A stretch of 64,000 nt of DNA from Candidatus Krumholzibacteriota bacterium. Lineage in GTDB: Bacteria > Krumholzibacteriota > Krumholzibacteriia > JACNKJ01. The stretch lies in contig JAFGBK010000070.1 of NCBI GenBank assembly GCA_016933175.1, positions 101,866-165,865 on the forward strand, written 5' to 3'. A program made the translations under genes and the position numbers. Position 1 is the first letter of the stretch. Every line of letters starts with the position of its first letter. This document shows positions 18,196-27,153 of this stretch, in pieces. The notes below the pieces were generated by a model. That model made no database searches. It worked only from the letters and a program-made list of their open reading frames with translations, and was not told where the DNA came from.

Positions 18196-20531
18196 TTGAG
18201 CAGCACCAGGCGCCGCGTCTCGGCGCGGCCGGGCAGGGAGAGCCGCGCGAAGTAGACGCCGCTGGCCAGGCGCCGGCCGGCGTCGTCGCGGCCGTCCCAC
18301 GGGATGCCATGCACGCCGGCCGGCAGGGTCCCTTCGACGAGGACCCGCACCCGGCGGCCCCGGGAGTCGTAGATCCCCAGCCGGGCCGGCCCCGGTCTGG
18401 CGGGAATGGCGCAGACCAGCCTGGTGCCGGGATTGAAGGGATTGGGCACCGCCGCCCGCAGCTCCAGGCGGGTCGGCGCCGCATCCGCGACGGCGGTGGG
18501 ATCGGTGGTCACCGCGGCCGAGCCCTCGTAGGGCAGGTAGTCGGTGCCGGTCACCGTCACCAGCAGCTCGCCGGCGGCCGGCGGGGTGAAATCGAAGCTG
18601 GCCGCGCCGGCCACGGTGGTTTCCACCAGGTGGAGATCCTCCCCCTGCCAGAGGCAGACCGTGGCGCCGTCCACCGGCATGCCCTCGCAGCTCACCGCCA
18701 CCGTGAAGGCGACGGCCTGGCCGGCCAGCAGTTCGCCGGGATGCGCGACCGCGAGCTCCCGCGGATCCGCGGTCCAGACCGGGAGCTCCGGATCGCCCAG
18801 CAGGAAGAGCTGCGTGAAGCAGTACTGGTGCAGGTTCAGGGGATCGTCGGCCACGTACTCGTCGTTCTTGAGCAGCATGAAGTTCTCGCCCAGGCGGCGC
18901 ACGCCCAGCGCGAAGAGGTTGCGGTAGAAGAAGGCGTCCTGGCGCACGGTGTAGAGGATGGGATCCTCGGCGGGCCCGCCCCAGCCCGTGCGGGAGTCGC
19001 CCATGAAGGCCATCCCGCCGCCGCCGGCGTTGAGGACGTAGGCCTCGGCGATGCTCGTGGTCGCCGTGATGTCGCAGGGATTGCAGCCCACGGCGAAGAG
19101 CAGGCCGTACCGGCCGGCGTTGGCCAGGGCCGCCAGCTCGCTGGTGTAGATCAGGTCGCCGTGGCAGATCCAGCCGGTGCCCAGGCAGTAGTCGTGGCAG
19201 TGGTCGTGGTGGTTGACCAGGTGGTAGCCGTGCGCCAGGTAGGCCAGGACATCCTCACGGTGCCCGCCCGGCTCGGCGTCGTACTCGGTGGCCAGGGTCC
19301 AGTCCGCCGGCAGGTAGGCGGCGCGGATCCACTCCTTGCAAATCTCCCCGCTCATGTCGCCGCAGGCGGAGATGTCGAAGCCGAAGGAGACGGCCGTGGT
19401 GGCGTATCCCGTCCGGGGCGGATCCTTCTCGTAGGCGAGGACCTTGGCCGTGTAGGCGGCGATGTCGGCGTCCGTGCGGGCCGAGAGACGGCCTACGGCC
19501 ACCTCGCAGACCCAGTCGTCGTCGTAGTCGGCGTAGTAGGTGTCGTTGGGCACATCGTGCGTGAAGTAGCCCGGGATGGTGATGATGCGGTGATGACAGG
19601 GGATCACCGGCGTGTCGCCGCCCAGCAGGAAGCTGGTGGCCCCCCACGTGGCGTGGGCATCGGCCACGAAGGCCCGGATCTGTTCCAGCGGGGTGCCGCC
19701 GGCATAGCCCCCCTCCTCGCAGATCCAGCTCGTGGAGACGATGGCCGTGCGCCGGCCGATCCGGGTGCGCCAGTCGGCCAGCGGCTGGAAGTCATCCGTC
19801 CACGCGGCACCCGTGATGATGACGTGCTCGTAGCTCCCCGGCGGCACGCCGCGCCCCCCGGTCCGGGGATCGACGCCGCCGCGCAGGGCGATGGCATCCG
19901 GATTGGCCACCAGGGCGGCCAGCTGACGGTGATACATCCCGCGCGTCGTCGGCGAAGCGCCGGCCGGCAGGTAGTCCCCGCAGCGCCAGCCCCGCGTGAA
20001 CTCGACGACGATCGCCAGGCGCTCTATCAGGAGCAGCTCCCCCGTGCCCGGATCGAAGCTGAGGGGGCAGACCCGCAGGAGGGCGAAGACCTGTCCGGCC
20101 AGGTCCCCCTGCCCCAGCAGGGTCACGGCGTTCTCCGGGAAGGGAGCTGCGCTCCCGTAGATCGCCGGATCGGGCGCCACCGGACGCGCCGGCAGCTCGG
20201 CATCGATGGCGGTCGGGCCTGGGGCCGGCGCCACGTGGAAGCGACCGGGGAGGCGATGCCGGCGGAGGTCTTCCGCCCGGACCGCCGTGACCAGGGCATC
20301 GCCCGGCAAGGCCACCCTCAGTAGGCGCGCCGGCAGCAGCGGCCGTCCCGGCTGCTCCAGTGAGGAACAGCCCGCCAGGCGGATCCGGTCCAGGCCGTCC
20401 TGGCGCTCCCAGTGGAGATCCTGCCGGGGAAAGTCGAGGACCAGGCGCAGCTCCTCGGCCGCGGCTACCGATCCGATCGCCAGCCCGGCGATCAGCAGCA
20501 CTGTCGTGGAAGTGATTCGTGTCAACCGCAC
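18192..20531 (-). CDS. C25-family (gingipain-like) cysteine peptidase with propeptide and C-terminal FlgD-Ig/T9SS-like sorting domain
   Basis: Signal peptide, propeptide (PGRPLLPARLLRVALP), C25 motifs (FQPLADWR, FLLGGDTPVIP, DTYYADYD, VAVGRLS, LVNHHDH, AVGCNP, LLGDPEL), CTD (AVPNPFNPGT...IYDSRGRRVRVL...WDGRDDAGRRLASGVYFARL...RRLVLLK). Confidence 0.88.
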   Translation of the reverse strand: MRLTRITSTTVLLIAGLAIGSVAAAEELRLVLDFPRQDLHWERQDGLDRIRLAGCSSLEQPGRPLLPARLLRVALPGDALVTAVRAEDLRRHRLPGRFHVAPAPGPTAIDAELPARPVAPDPAIYGSAAPFPENAVTLLGQGDLAGQVFALLRVCPLSFDPGTGELLLIERLAIVVEFTRGWRCGDYLPAGASPTTRGMYHRQLAALVANPDAIALRGGVDPRTGGRGVPPGSYEHVIITGAAWTDDFQPLADWRTRIGRRTAIVSTSWICEEGGYAGGTPLEQIRAFVADAHATWGATSFLLGGDTPVIPCHHRIITIPGYFTHDVPNDTYYADYDDDWVCEVAVGRLSARTDADIAAYTAKVLAYEKDPPRTGYATTAVSFGFDISACGDMSGEICKEWIRAAYLPADWTLATEYDAEPGGHREDVLAYLAHGYHLVNHHDHCHDYCLGTGWICHGDLIYTSELAALANAGRYGLLFAVGCNPCDITATTSIAEAYVLNAGGGGMAFMGDSRTGWGGPAEDPILYTVRQDAFFYRNLFALGVRRLGENFMLLKNDEYVADDPLNLHQYCFTQLFLLGDPELPVWTADPRELAVAHPGELLAGQAVAFTVAVSCEGMPVDGATVCLWQGEDLHLVETTVAGAASFDFTPPAAGELLVTVTGTDYLPYEGSAAVTTDPTAVADAAPTRLELRAAVPNPFNPGTRLVCAIPARPGPARLGIYDSRGRRVRVLVEGTLPAGVHGIPWDGRDDAGRRLASGVYFARLSLPGRAETRRLVLLK
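18195..18299. repeat. 105-bp direct repeat, copy 1 (last 35 codons of the smaller C25 gene)
   Basis: Aligns without gaps to 20658-20762 with 4 mismatches (manual comparison). Confidence 0.95.
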
Positions 20532-20600
20532 GCGCGAACCTCCCGGTCGGGAAATGATGATTGGCGTGTGGGGTGGATCTTCACTTCATCCGGTACAGCC

Positions 20601-20609
20601 ATTCTAGCA
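20601..20609 (-). promoter_or_regulatory. Putative extended -10 promoter for the smaller C25 gene
   Basis: Minus strand TGcTAGAAT in the intergenic gap, about 70 nt upstream of the start. Confidence 0.55.
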
Positions 20610-20654
20610 CATTGCCGCGGCCGGTCGCAGCCGGCCGCGGCTGTCGCTTCCACA

Positions 20655-23600
20655 CTACTTGAGCAGCACCAGCCGCCGCGCCTCGGCGTGGCCGGGCAGG
20701 GAGAGCCGCGCGAAGTAGACGCCGCTGGCCAGGCGCCGGCCGGCGTCGTCGCGGCCATCCCAGGCCAGCTCGTGGCGACCGGCGGGCAGGTCCCCGGCGC
20801 ACAGCCGGCGCAGTCGGCGCCCCGAGGGGGCGAGGATATCCAGCGTCACGGGTCCCGCCTGCGCGGTCTCGAAGCGCAGCGTGGTTGCGGGATTGAAGGG
20901 GTTGGGGAAGGCCCCCGCGAAGCGGTCCCGCCACGGCGTCTCCGGCACGGTCACCTCGCCGAGGGCGAGGCGGTCCCAGTCGTCGCCGAGCCAGGCCAGG
21001 GCGAAGTAGCGGTAGCGCCCGCCGGGCGCCACGTCGCTGTCGCGCCAGGTGAACTGGTCGTCGGCGGCGGCCAGGTCCTCGCCGAGCAGGCGGCCCTCCC
21101 CCCAGCCGAGCGCCAGGCGGCGCTCCCGCCAGAGCCCCCAGCGCGGCGCGCCCGCGCCGGTCCAGGCGACGCACACGGCGCCGTCCTCCCAGGCCAGGCG
21201 GATGTTGCTGAGGGCCACGGGCACGTCGTCCCACTCGCTCGCGTTGCCGCGACGGAAGAATCCCCCGGACAGCGTGGGCCAGGGACAGCTGGCCGCGCCG
21301 AAGGCGCCGGGCAGGTCCCAGACCAGGACGCGCCGGTTCCAGGTGGCGGCCACGAGCTCGCTGTCGCCGTCATGGTCCAGGTCGGCCAGGGTCGGGGTGC
21401 CGCGGATCTCGCCGCCGACGCTGATGGGGAAGCCGGGCTGCACGCTGCCGTCCTCCCGCAGGCCGTAGAGGATGCCCTGCTCGTTGCCCCAGACGAACTC
21501 GAAGTCGCCGTCGCCGTCCAGATCGCCGACCACGGGGCTGCTCTCCGCATTGGCGGCCAGCGCCACGGGCCAGCCGGCGCGGTCGCCGCCGTCGTGATCG
21601 ATCAGGTGCAGGATGCTCTGCTCGCCGGCGATGCTCTCCACCACCAGCAGCTCCAGGTCGCCGTCGCCGTCGATGTCCACCGGCGCGGGCCCCGGCCCCG
21701 TGGCGGCGTTGTTGGTGACGAAGTGCCGGGGGAAGCCGGGGAAGCGGCTGCCGTCGGCGCGGAAGGCGAAGAGGCTGTCGGCCTCGGTCTGGACCAGGAT
21801 CTCCAGGGTGCCGCCGGCGTCGCCGTCGAGGTTGCACAGGACCAGCGGCGTCTTGACGTCGTACCAGCCCGCGCCGCCCAGGTCGAGGTCCACGGGGAAG
21901 CCGGCCAGGTCGCCGCCGGCGCCGTTCAGGGCGTAGAGGAAGCCGTTGGTGGTTGCCACGACGAACTCGTCGGCGCCGTCGCCGTCCAGGTCGCCGGCGG
22001 CGGGGCTGCCGAGGGTCCAGGTGCCGAGGCCCGCGCGCAGCACGCCGATGGTGCCGGGATTGCTGTCGCCGTCCACCACCTCGCTGCCGTCGTGGTGGAA
22101 GGCGTAGACCTTGCCCGCGTGGTCCAGGCCGACGACCTCCACGTCGCCGTCGCCGTCCAGGTCGGCGCCCACCAGGTTGGTCCAGATCCAGTTGGTGGTG
22201 GTCCGCGGCCAGCCGGGCAGGTACTGGCCCGCGTGGTCGAAGGCGTGGATGGCGTAGGGCGCTCCCCGCGTGGCGACGACGATCTGCCGGTAGCCGTCGT
22301 CCAGCAGCGGCAACAGGGAGACGGCGCCGACGATGTCATAGGCGTCCAGGCTGAAGACGCCGTTCGTCGTCGCCTCGCCGTCGCCGTCGCGCACCTCGGT
22401 GCCGTCGTGGTGCCAAACGTAGACGGCGTCCGCGGCCGCCACCAGCTCCAGGCCGCCGTCGCCGGCCACGTTGGCCACCGCCGGGCTGGAGGAGCAGGTG
22501 GCCAGCAGCTCCTGGGGGAAGCCCGCCAGCTGGGCGGGGTTGGTCGAGGTGTGCAGAATGGCCGAGGGCACGCTCTCCATGCCGCCGCTGTCCACGGCCG
22601 TCGCGAAGAGGTGGGTGGCGCTGTTCTCCAGCAGCCCCTCCAGGTACACGGCCGTATGAGCCACGGGCAGCAGCGTGGCGCGCGCGTAGTCGCCGGTGGA
22701 CGCCGGCGCCTCGCCCTGGGCCACGTAGACGTGGTAGCCGGCCACGTCGCCCGCCGTCGAGGCCGTCCAGCGCAGCGCGATGGCGTCGGCGGCGTCGCTG
22801 GTGTCGGTGGCCAGGTCCGTGGGCGGGTAGGGACGCCGGAAATCGAAGGTGTCCACGCTCACGCGCCCGAAACCATCGTTGACGGTGAGCACGGCCAGGT
22901 ACTCCTGGACGATGCTGGCCAGGCTGACCTGGAAGCCGGGATCCGGCTGGGCGCCGTCCATCAGGCCCAGGGAGGGCACCGTCACCTGGTCCTCGCCGGG
23001 CGTCACCGTGAGCCCTGCGTCCAGGCTGGCGAGGGTGGCGGTCAGGGTGCCCGTGGCGCCGCCGCCCAGGTTCAGCCAGCGCGGCTTGGCGCGCAGCAGC
23101 TCGCCGGGCTCGATGTTGCCGTCGCCGTCGCCGTCGGGACCGTCGTCCAGCTCCCACTCGGCGATGACCGGCCGCGGCGCGTGCAGGGTCAGCAGCAGCG
23201 TGTCGCGGCGCGTAGCGATGTTCCCGCCGGTCAGGACGGCCTCCACGCGCACGTGGCCGCCGTCCGCCGCGCCGAGGGCGGGCAGGGCCGCGTGGACGCC
23301 CGTGGCGCCGTCGGACGCGGCGCCGGCGGCCAGGGAGCCGACGACCTCGGGACCGCCGCTCACGGCCAGGGAATCGTTCAGGGAGAGGAGCTGGAGGGCG
23401 ACGCCGTCGGCCGCCGCGTCGCCGGCGTTGCGCAGGGTGGCGACGAGGAAGGCCGTCTCGCCGCCGTCCAGGCGGCCGTCGCCGTTGTTGGTCGGACCGT
23501 GGGCGGGATCATCGTCGACGGCGAGCGTCGCCACGTGCACGAAGGGCCCGACGGCGCCGGTGACGGTGATGGCCTGCGCCACCTGGTCGGCGTTGGCCGC

Positions 23601-25562
23601 CCAGACGACGAGGTCGAGCGATCCCGGGGTGAGGGGACGGGCCGGCAGCTGGCAGAGCCCGGCGGCGTCGGTGGCGCCCGTGGCCCAGACCTCGCCGGCC
23701 TTCTGCAGGGTCGCCCGCGCGCCGGCCACGGGCTGGCCGCCCGCGGTGACGGTCACGTCCACGGTGTGGTCCCCCACCGCCAGGCTGGCGGGGGCCGCCA
23801 CGTCTAGCTGCCGCGGCGCGCCGGCCCAGAGGTCCAGCAGCGGATCGCCGAGGAAGGTGATGAGGAAGTAGGTCCAGCGGCCGTAGCCCTCCTCCTCGGC
23901 CAGGTAGGCCCGCGCCTCGCGCATGAGCTTCTGGGCCGCGCCGGGCCGCGTGATGTCGTCCTGGAAGAGGCGCGCGTAGTAGTCGTCGGCGTAGGGGATG
24001 CTGTGGATCGGGTAGCTGCTGTCCGTGGTGCCGAAGGCGGCGATGGCACCGCCCGTCGGATGGAGCAGGAAGCGCTCGGCCAGGCAGTCGTAGTCGTAGG
24101 CCGCCGACGAGCAGTTCATCAGGTTGATGTGGAAGGGCGCGGCGTTGGTCAGGGCCGCCACGTGGCTCGCCACGATGCCGCCGTCCCCCACGGACATGGT
24201 GTAGCGGTAGCCGTGGCCGTCCTGGTCCACGAAGGCGAAGCGGCCCGTGTCCATGGAGTCGACGGCGGCGACGACGCCCAGGGGCTGGGGGTCGATGCCG
24301 GTCCAGTCCTCGCCGTCCTGGTTCTGCCAGTTCTCGAACAGGGCGGCGTGCTCCATGTCGGCGTCCAGGCGGTTGCGGATGGTGCTCACGGTGAAGTCGG
24401 CGCCGTCCATGATGATGTCCTCGCCGGGCGTCCAGTCGGCCGGGTGCAGGACCTCGGCCAGGAAGAGGATGCGGTGCTGGAAGCCGGTGAGCGCCGTCTC
24501 GCGGTAAAGGCTCGTGAGCTTCGTCACGAGATCGCCGGCCTCGGCCGCCGTGTGGGCCGGCAGGCGGCCCACCATCAGCTCGGGCAGCAGGTCGGTCTCG
24601 TCGCTCGCGGTGATCCCGTCGTAGAAGGCCTCGCCCCAGTGCTCGTCGCCGTCGGCGTTCCAGGTGCCGTCGAGGCAGGCGTAGTAGAGGTCCGTGGGCA
24701 GGAGGTCGCCCTCCTCGCTGGTGGCGCGGGTCAGGACGTAGCGCGCGGGGATGGTCTCCGTGTCGCCGCCGAGGATCACGGCCTGGAGGCCCCAGAGCTG
24801 GTAGGCCTCCTGCAGGAAGAAGCGGATGTTCTCGCCGCGGTCGCGGCCCGGCGGATAGCGGTCGGCGATCCACTCCACGGTGCGCACCGCCGTGCGCGTG
24901 CCCCGGGCCGTGTGCCAGTCGGCCAGGCCCTGGAAGGCCGATGCCATGGCCTCCGTGGTGACGACGACGGCATCCACGGGACCGCCCTCCAGGGACGGGC
25001 GCTCGCGCGGCGTCCAGGGCCCGCCGTCCGCCGCCGCCTCGCGCAGCGGTCGCAGGGGCGGTGCGGGGTCGGCCTCGCCGCGCAGGTGGAGGGTGAGATC
25101 CTCGCTCAGGCGCAGGGCGCCGCCCTCGCGCACCAGGGGCCGCCAGAGGAAGAGGGCCTCGCGGCGCCCGCCTTGCGCCGGCTGCCCCAGCAGGCGCACG
25201 GACGCCGCGCCGCGGGCGCGCAGCCCCGGCGCGGGAGTGCGCAGGCGGCCGTCCTCGTCCCGGATCGCGGGCGCCGGCGCCACGGCGTCCGGCCCCACCG
25301 TCACGGCCGGACCCAGGACGACGTCGAAGCCGGCCAAGCGCACGCCAGCGGGCAGGGGCACGCGCACCAGGCGGGCGGGCAGGTCGGGCTCGCCGGGCAG
25401 GGCGTCGCGCACGGCCCCGGGGAAATCGGGACGCAGGCCCGCGGCCGTCTCCGTCAGGCGCAGGGCGGCGCGGTCCACGCGCGCGGTGACGGTCCACTCG
25501 GAGGCGCCGGCGCCGAGGGCCGGCAGGAGCAGGACGAGGGCGATCAGTCGCTTGGCGGTCAT
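20655..25562 (-). CDS. Large C25-family peptidase with Ig-like, FN3, FG-GAP/VCBS propeller and C-terminal FlgD-Ig/T9SS-like domains
   Basis: ATG 25562 (AGGAG SD), MTAKRLIALVLLLPALGAGA signal peptide; C25 motifs ILGGDTETIP, TDLYYACLDG, MVGRLP, DQDGHG (His), LMNCSS (Cys), FLGDPLL; FN3 (ALRWTAST...AGYHVY); several DLDGDG/DIDGDG repeats; CTD AFPNPFNPATT...RRLVLLK. Confidence 0.88.
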   Translation of the reverse strand: MTAKRLIALVLLLPALGAGASEWTVTARVDRAALRLTETAAGLRPDFPGAVRDALPGEPDLPARLVRVPLPAGVRLAGFDVVLGPAVTVGPDAVAPAPAIRDEDGRLRTPAPGLRARGAASVRLLGQPAQGGRREALFLWRPLVREGGALRLSEDLTLHLRGEADPAPPLRPLREAAADGGPWTPRERPSLEGGPVDAVVVTTEAMASAFQGLADWHTARGTRTAVRTVEWIADRYPPGRDRGENIRFFLQEAYQLWGLQAVILGGDTETIPARYVLTRATSEEGDLLPTDLYYACLDGTWNADGDEHWGEAFYDGITASDETDLLPELMVGRLPAHTAAEAGDLVTKLTSLYRETALTGFQHRILFLAEVLHPADWTPGEDIIMDGADFTVSTIRNRLDADMEHAALFENWQNQDGEDWTGIDPQPLGVVAAVDSMDTGRFAFVDQDGHGYRYTMSVGDGGIVASHVAALTNAAPFHINLMNCSSAAYDYDCLAERFLLHPTGGAIAAFGTTDSSYPIHSIPYADDYYARLFQDDITRPGAAQKLMREARAYLAEEEGYGRWTYFLITFLGDPLLDLWAGAPRQLDVAAPASLAVGDHTVDVTVTAGGQPVAGARATLQKAGEVWATGATDAAGLCQLPARPLTPGSLDLVVWAANADQVAQAITVTGAVGPFVHVATLAVDDDPAHGPTNNGDGRLDGGETAFLVATLRNAGDAAADGVALQLLSLNDSLAVSGGPEVVGSLAAGAASDGATGVHAALPALGAADGGHVRVEAVLTGGNIATRRDTLLLTLHAPRPVIAEWELDDGPDGDGDGNIEPGELLRAKPRWLNLGGGATGTLTATLASLDAGLTVTPGEDQVTVPSLGLMDGAQPDPGFQVSLASIVQEYLAVLTVNDGFGRVSVDTFDFRRPYPPTDLATDTSDAADAIALRWTASTAGDVAGYHVYVAQGEAPASTGDYARATLLPVAHTAVYLEGLLENSATHLFATAVDSGGMESVPSAILHTSTNPAQLAGFPQELLATCSSSPAVANVAGDGGLELVAAADAVYVWHHDGTEVRDGDGEATTNGVFSLDAYDIVGAVSLLPLLDDGYRQIVVATRGAPYAIHAFDHAGQYLPGWPRTTTNWIWTNLVGADLDGDGDVEVVGLDHAGKVYAFHHDGSEVVDGDSNPGTIGVLRAGLGTWTLGSPAAGDLDGDGADEFVVATTNGFLYALNGAGGDLAGFPVDLDLGGAGWYDVKTPLVLCNLDGDAGGTLEILVQTEADSLFAFRADGSRFPGFPRHFVTNNAATGPGPAPVDIDGDGDLELLVVESIAGEQSILHLIDHDGGDRAGWPVALAANAESSPVVGDLDGDGDFEFVWGNEQGILYGLREDGSVQPGFPISVGGEIRGTPTLADLDHDGDSELVAATWNRRVLVWDLPGAFGAASCPWPTLSGGFFRRGNASEWDDVPVALSNIRLAWEDGAVCVAWTGAGAPRWGLWRERRLALGWGEGRLLGEDLAAADDQFTWRDSDVAPGGRYRYFALAWLGDDWDRLALGEVTVPETPWRDRFAGAFPNPFNPATTLRFETAQAGPVTLDILAPSGRRLRRLCAGDLPAGRHELAWDGRDDAGRRLASGVYFARLSLPGHAEARRLVLLK
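20658..20762. repeat. 105-bp direct repeat, copy 2 (last 35 codons of the large C25 gene)
   Basis: Aligns without gaps to 18195-18299 with 4 mismatches. Confidence 0.95.
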
Positions 25563-25625
25563 GGCCACTCCTGGGGCTGATGGACGGAGCGGCCGCCGGC
25601 GCGGGGGCCGGCGGTCGCTTCCTCC

Positions 25626-25634
25626 ATGATAACA
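25626..25634 (-). promoter_or_regulatory. Putative extended -10 promoter for the large C25 gene
   Basis: Minus strand TGtTATCAT, about 64 nt upstream of ATG 25562. Confidence 0.5.
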
Positions 25635-25653
25635 CATGGCCATCGGGGGAACA

Positions 25654-27153
25654 TCAGGGCTCGGCGTCCGCGCTCCGCCCGATGCGATAGAGGGTGTAGG
25701 TGACGGGTTCCGGATTGCGCAGGCCCAGGCCGCTGACCTCCTGGGCCATGATGGGAATCAACAGGTAGCCGTCGCCCCGCGGGCCGGCCAGGACGCCCGG
25801 CACCGGATGGCGATCCACGAGGTAGTCCGCGCCGCGCCGGTCCAGGAAGGCGAGGGACTCCACCATCTCGCGGTAGCCCCGCTCGTGCCAGAGCGCGGCG
25901 ATGTCCGGGTGGATGAGGCCGCCCAGGTCCACCACGTAGAGACCCGAGCGCATCCCCATCAGGCCGATGTCCGGGCAGGCGACGCGGGCGCCCGGCACGC
26001 CGTGCGCGTGGAGGTGGTCGGCCATGCGGCCCAGGCTGGTCTCCAGCTCGCGCGGGAAGCGCCGCGCGTCGGGCAGCACCCGCGTCGCGAACAGCGCCGC
26101 GTTGGGCACGAGGGACAGGACCACGGCCGCCAGCACCCAGGGCCTCAGCCGCGGCCGCCGCCGGACCCAGCGGTCCGCGTAGGCGCCGGCGGCCAGGGGC
26201 AGCAGCGGCGTCACCGGCAGCAGGTAGCGGCTGATGACCTGGACGTCGCGCAGGAGGAAGACGGCGGGCAGGGCCAGGGCCCAGACGCCGGCCAGGGCCG
26301 CATAGAAGCGGACATGCTCGCCGGCCCGCCGGCGCCGGCGGCGCCACAGGGCGCCGGCCGTGCCCGCCGCCGTGGCGGCGAGGAGGAGGACCTGGCTGGA
26401 GACGGGCACGCGCAGCAGGCGGACCGTCTGCAGGGCCAGGTGCGCCCAGCCCTGCCAGCCCCGGCTCTTCGCCGCGGCCGTGCTGGGAAAGGCGGCGCCC
26501 AGTTCGAGGCGGGCGAAGAGCAGCCAGGGCACCAGGGGCAGGGCGATCCCCGCCGCCAGGGCCCACCAGCGCCGCCGCCAGCGCGGGCTCGCCAGGGCCA
26601 GGCCCAGCAGCAGCGCGCACAGGAGGGTGTACTCCGGCCGCACCAGGGCCGCCGCCCCGGCCAGGAATCCCACTCCGAAGGCGCCGCTCTGGCGCCGGGG
26701 CGCGGCGGCCAGGGCGTCGAAGAAGAGCAGGAGCATGAGCACGGCCAGGGACGACTCCATGCCCGAGGCGCTCCAGCGCAGGAACCAGACCTCCGTGGCG
26801 AAGAGCAGGGTGGCGGCCAGGCGCAGGTCGGGACGGGAGATGGCGCGGCCGGCCAGGCGGTGGAAGACGAGGACGGACAGCAGCCCGGCGAGGATGGCCG
26901 CCAGGCGGGCGGCGAGGATCCCCGCCGCCTCGCCGCTGGCGAAGGGCGCCAGCAGCAGGACCCAGAGCGGGCTCGTGGAGCCGTAGGAGGGCTCGCCCAG
27001 GTTGAAGACCCAGCCCTTGCCCAGCAGCAGGTGATTCGCGTAGACGAGGTGGATGTAGGTGTCGTCCGTGACGTAGCCCCAGAGCGCGGCCTGGAGGGCG
27101 AGGTAGATCAACAGGACGGCCGCCAGGCCGAACCGCTCGCTTCGCGGGCTCAC
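25654..27153 (-). CDS. Polytopic membrane glycosyltransferase (GT-C fold, AftB/ArnT-like)
   Basis: TDDTYIHLVYANHLLLGKGWVFNLGEPSYGSTSPLW after the first TM (DD motif), SGMESSL, LVRPE, RYLLP, DIGLMG...VVDLGGLI; many TM helices. Confidence 0.72.
   Translation of the reverse strand: MSPRSERFGLAAVLLIYLALQAALWGYVTDDTYIHLVYANHLLLGKGWVFNLGEPSYGSTSPLWVLLLAPFASGEAAGILAARLAAILAGLLSVLVFHRLAGRAISRPDLRLAATLLFATEVWFLRWSASGMESSLAVLMLLLFFDALAAAPRRQSGAFGVGFLAGAAALVRPEYTLLCALLLGLALASPRWRRRWWALAAGIALPLVPWLLFARLELGAAFPSTAAAKSRGWQGWAHLALQTVRLLRVPVSSQVLLLAATAAGTAGALWRRRRRRAGEHVRFYAALAGVWALALPAVFLLRDVQVISRYLLPVTPLLPLAAGAYADRWVRRRPRLRPWVLAAVVLSLVPNAALFATRVLPDARRFPRELETSLGRMADHLHAHGVPGARVACPDIGLMGMRSGLYVVDLGGLIHPDIAALWHERGYREMVESLAFLDRRGADYLVDRHPVPGVLAGPRGDGYLLIPIMAQEVSGLGLRNPEPVTYTLYRIGRSADAEP

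Noticed and set aside
18195-20762. 105-bp repeat pair as a diversity-generating retroelement TR/VR or a prophage att pair
   Set aside because: There is no reverse transcriptase, integrase or phage gene in the window. Both copies are coding, and the 4 mismatches are not confined to adenines of one template copy.
21350-22480. Recurring gtcgccgtc(g)ccgtccag motifs resembling a CRISPR or tandem array
   Set aside because: They encode the DLDGDG loops of FG-GAP repeats in the large C25 protein. Spacing is irregular and the repeats are degenerate.
20655-25562. Naming either C25 gene porU or a gingipain (rgp/kgp)
   Set aside because: Family membership is clear, but the domain architectures differ from PorU and gingipains, and orthology cannot be established without a phylogeny.
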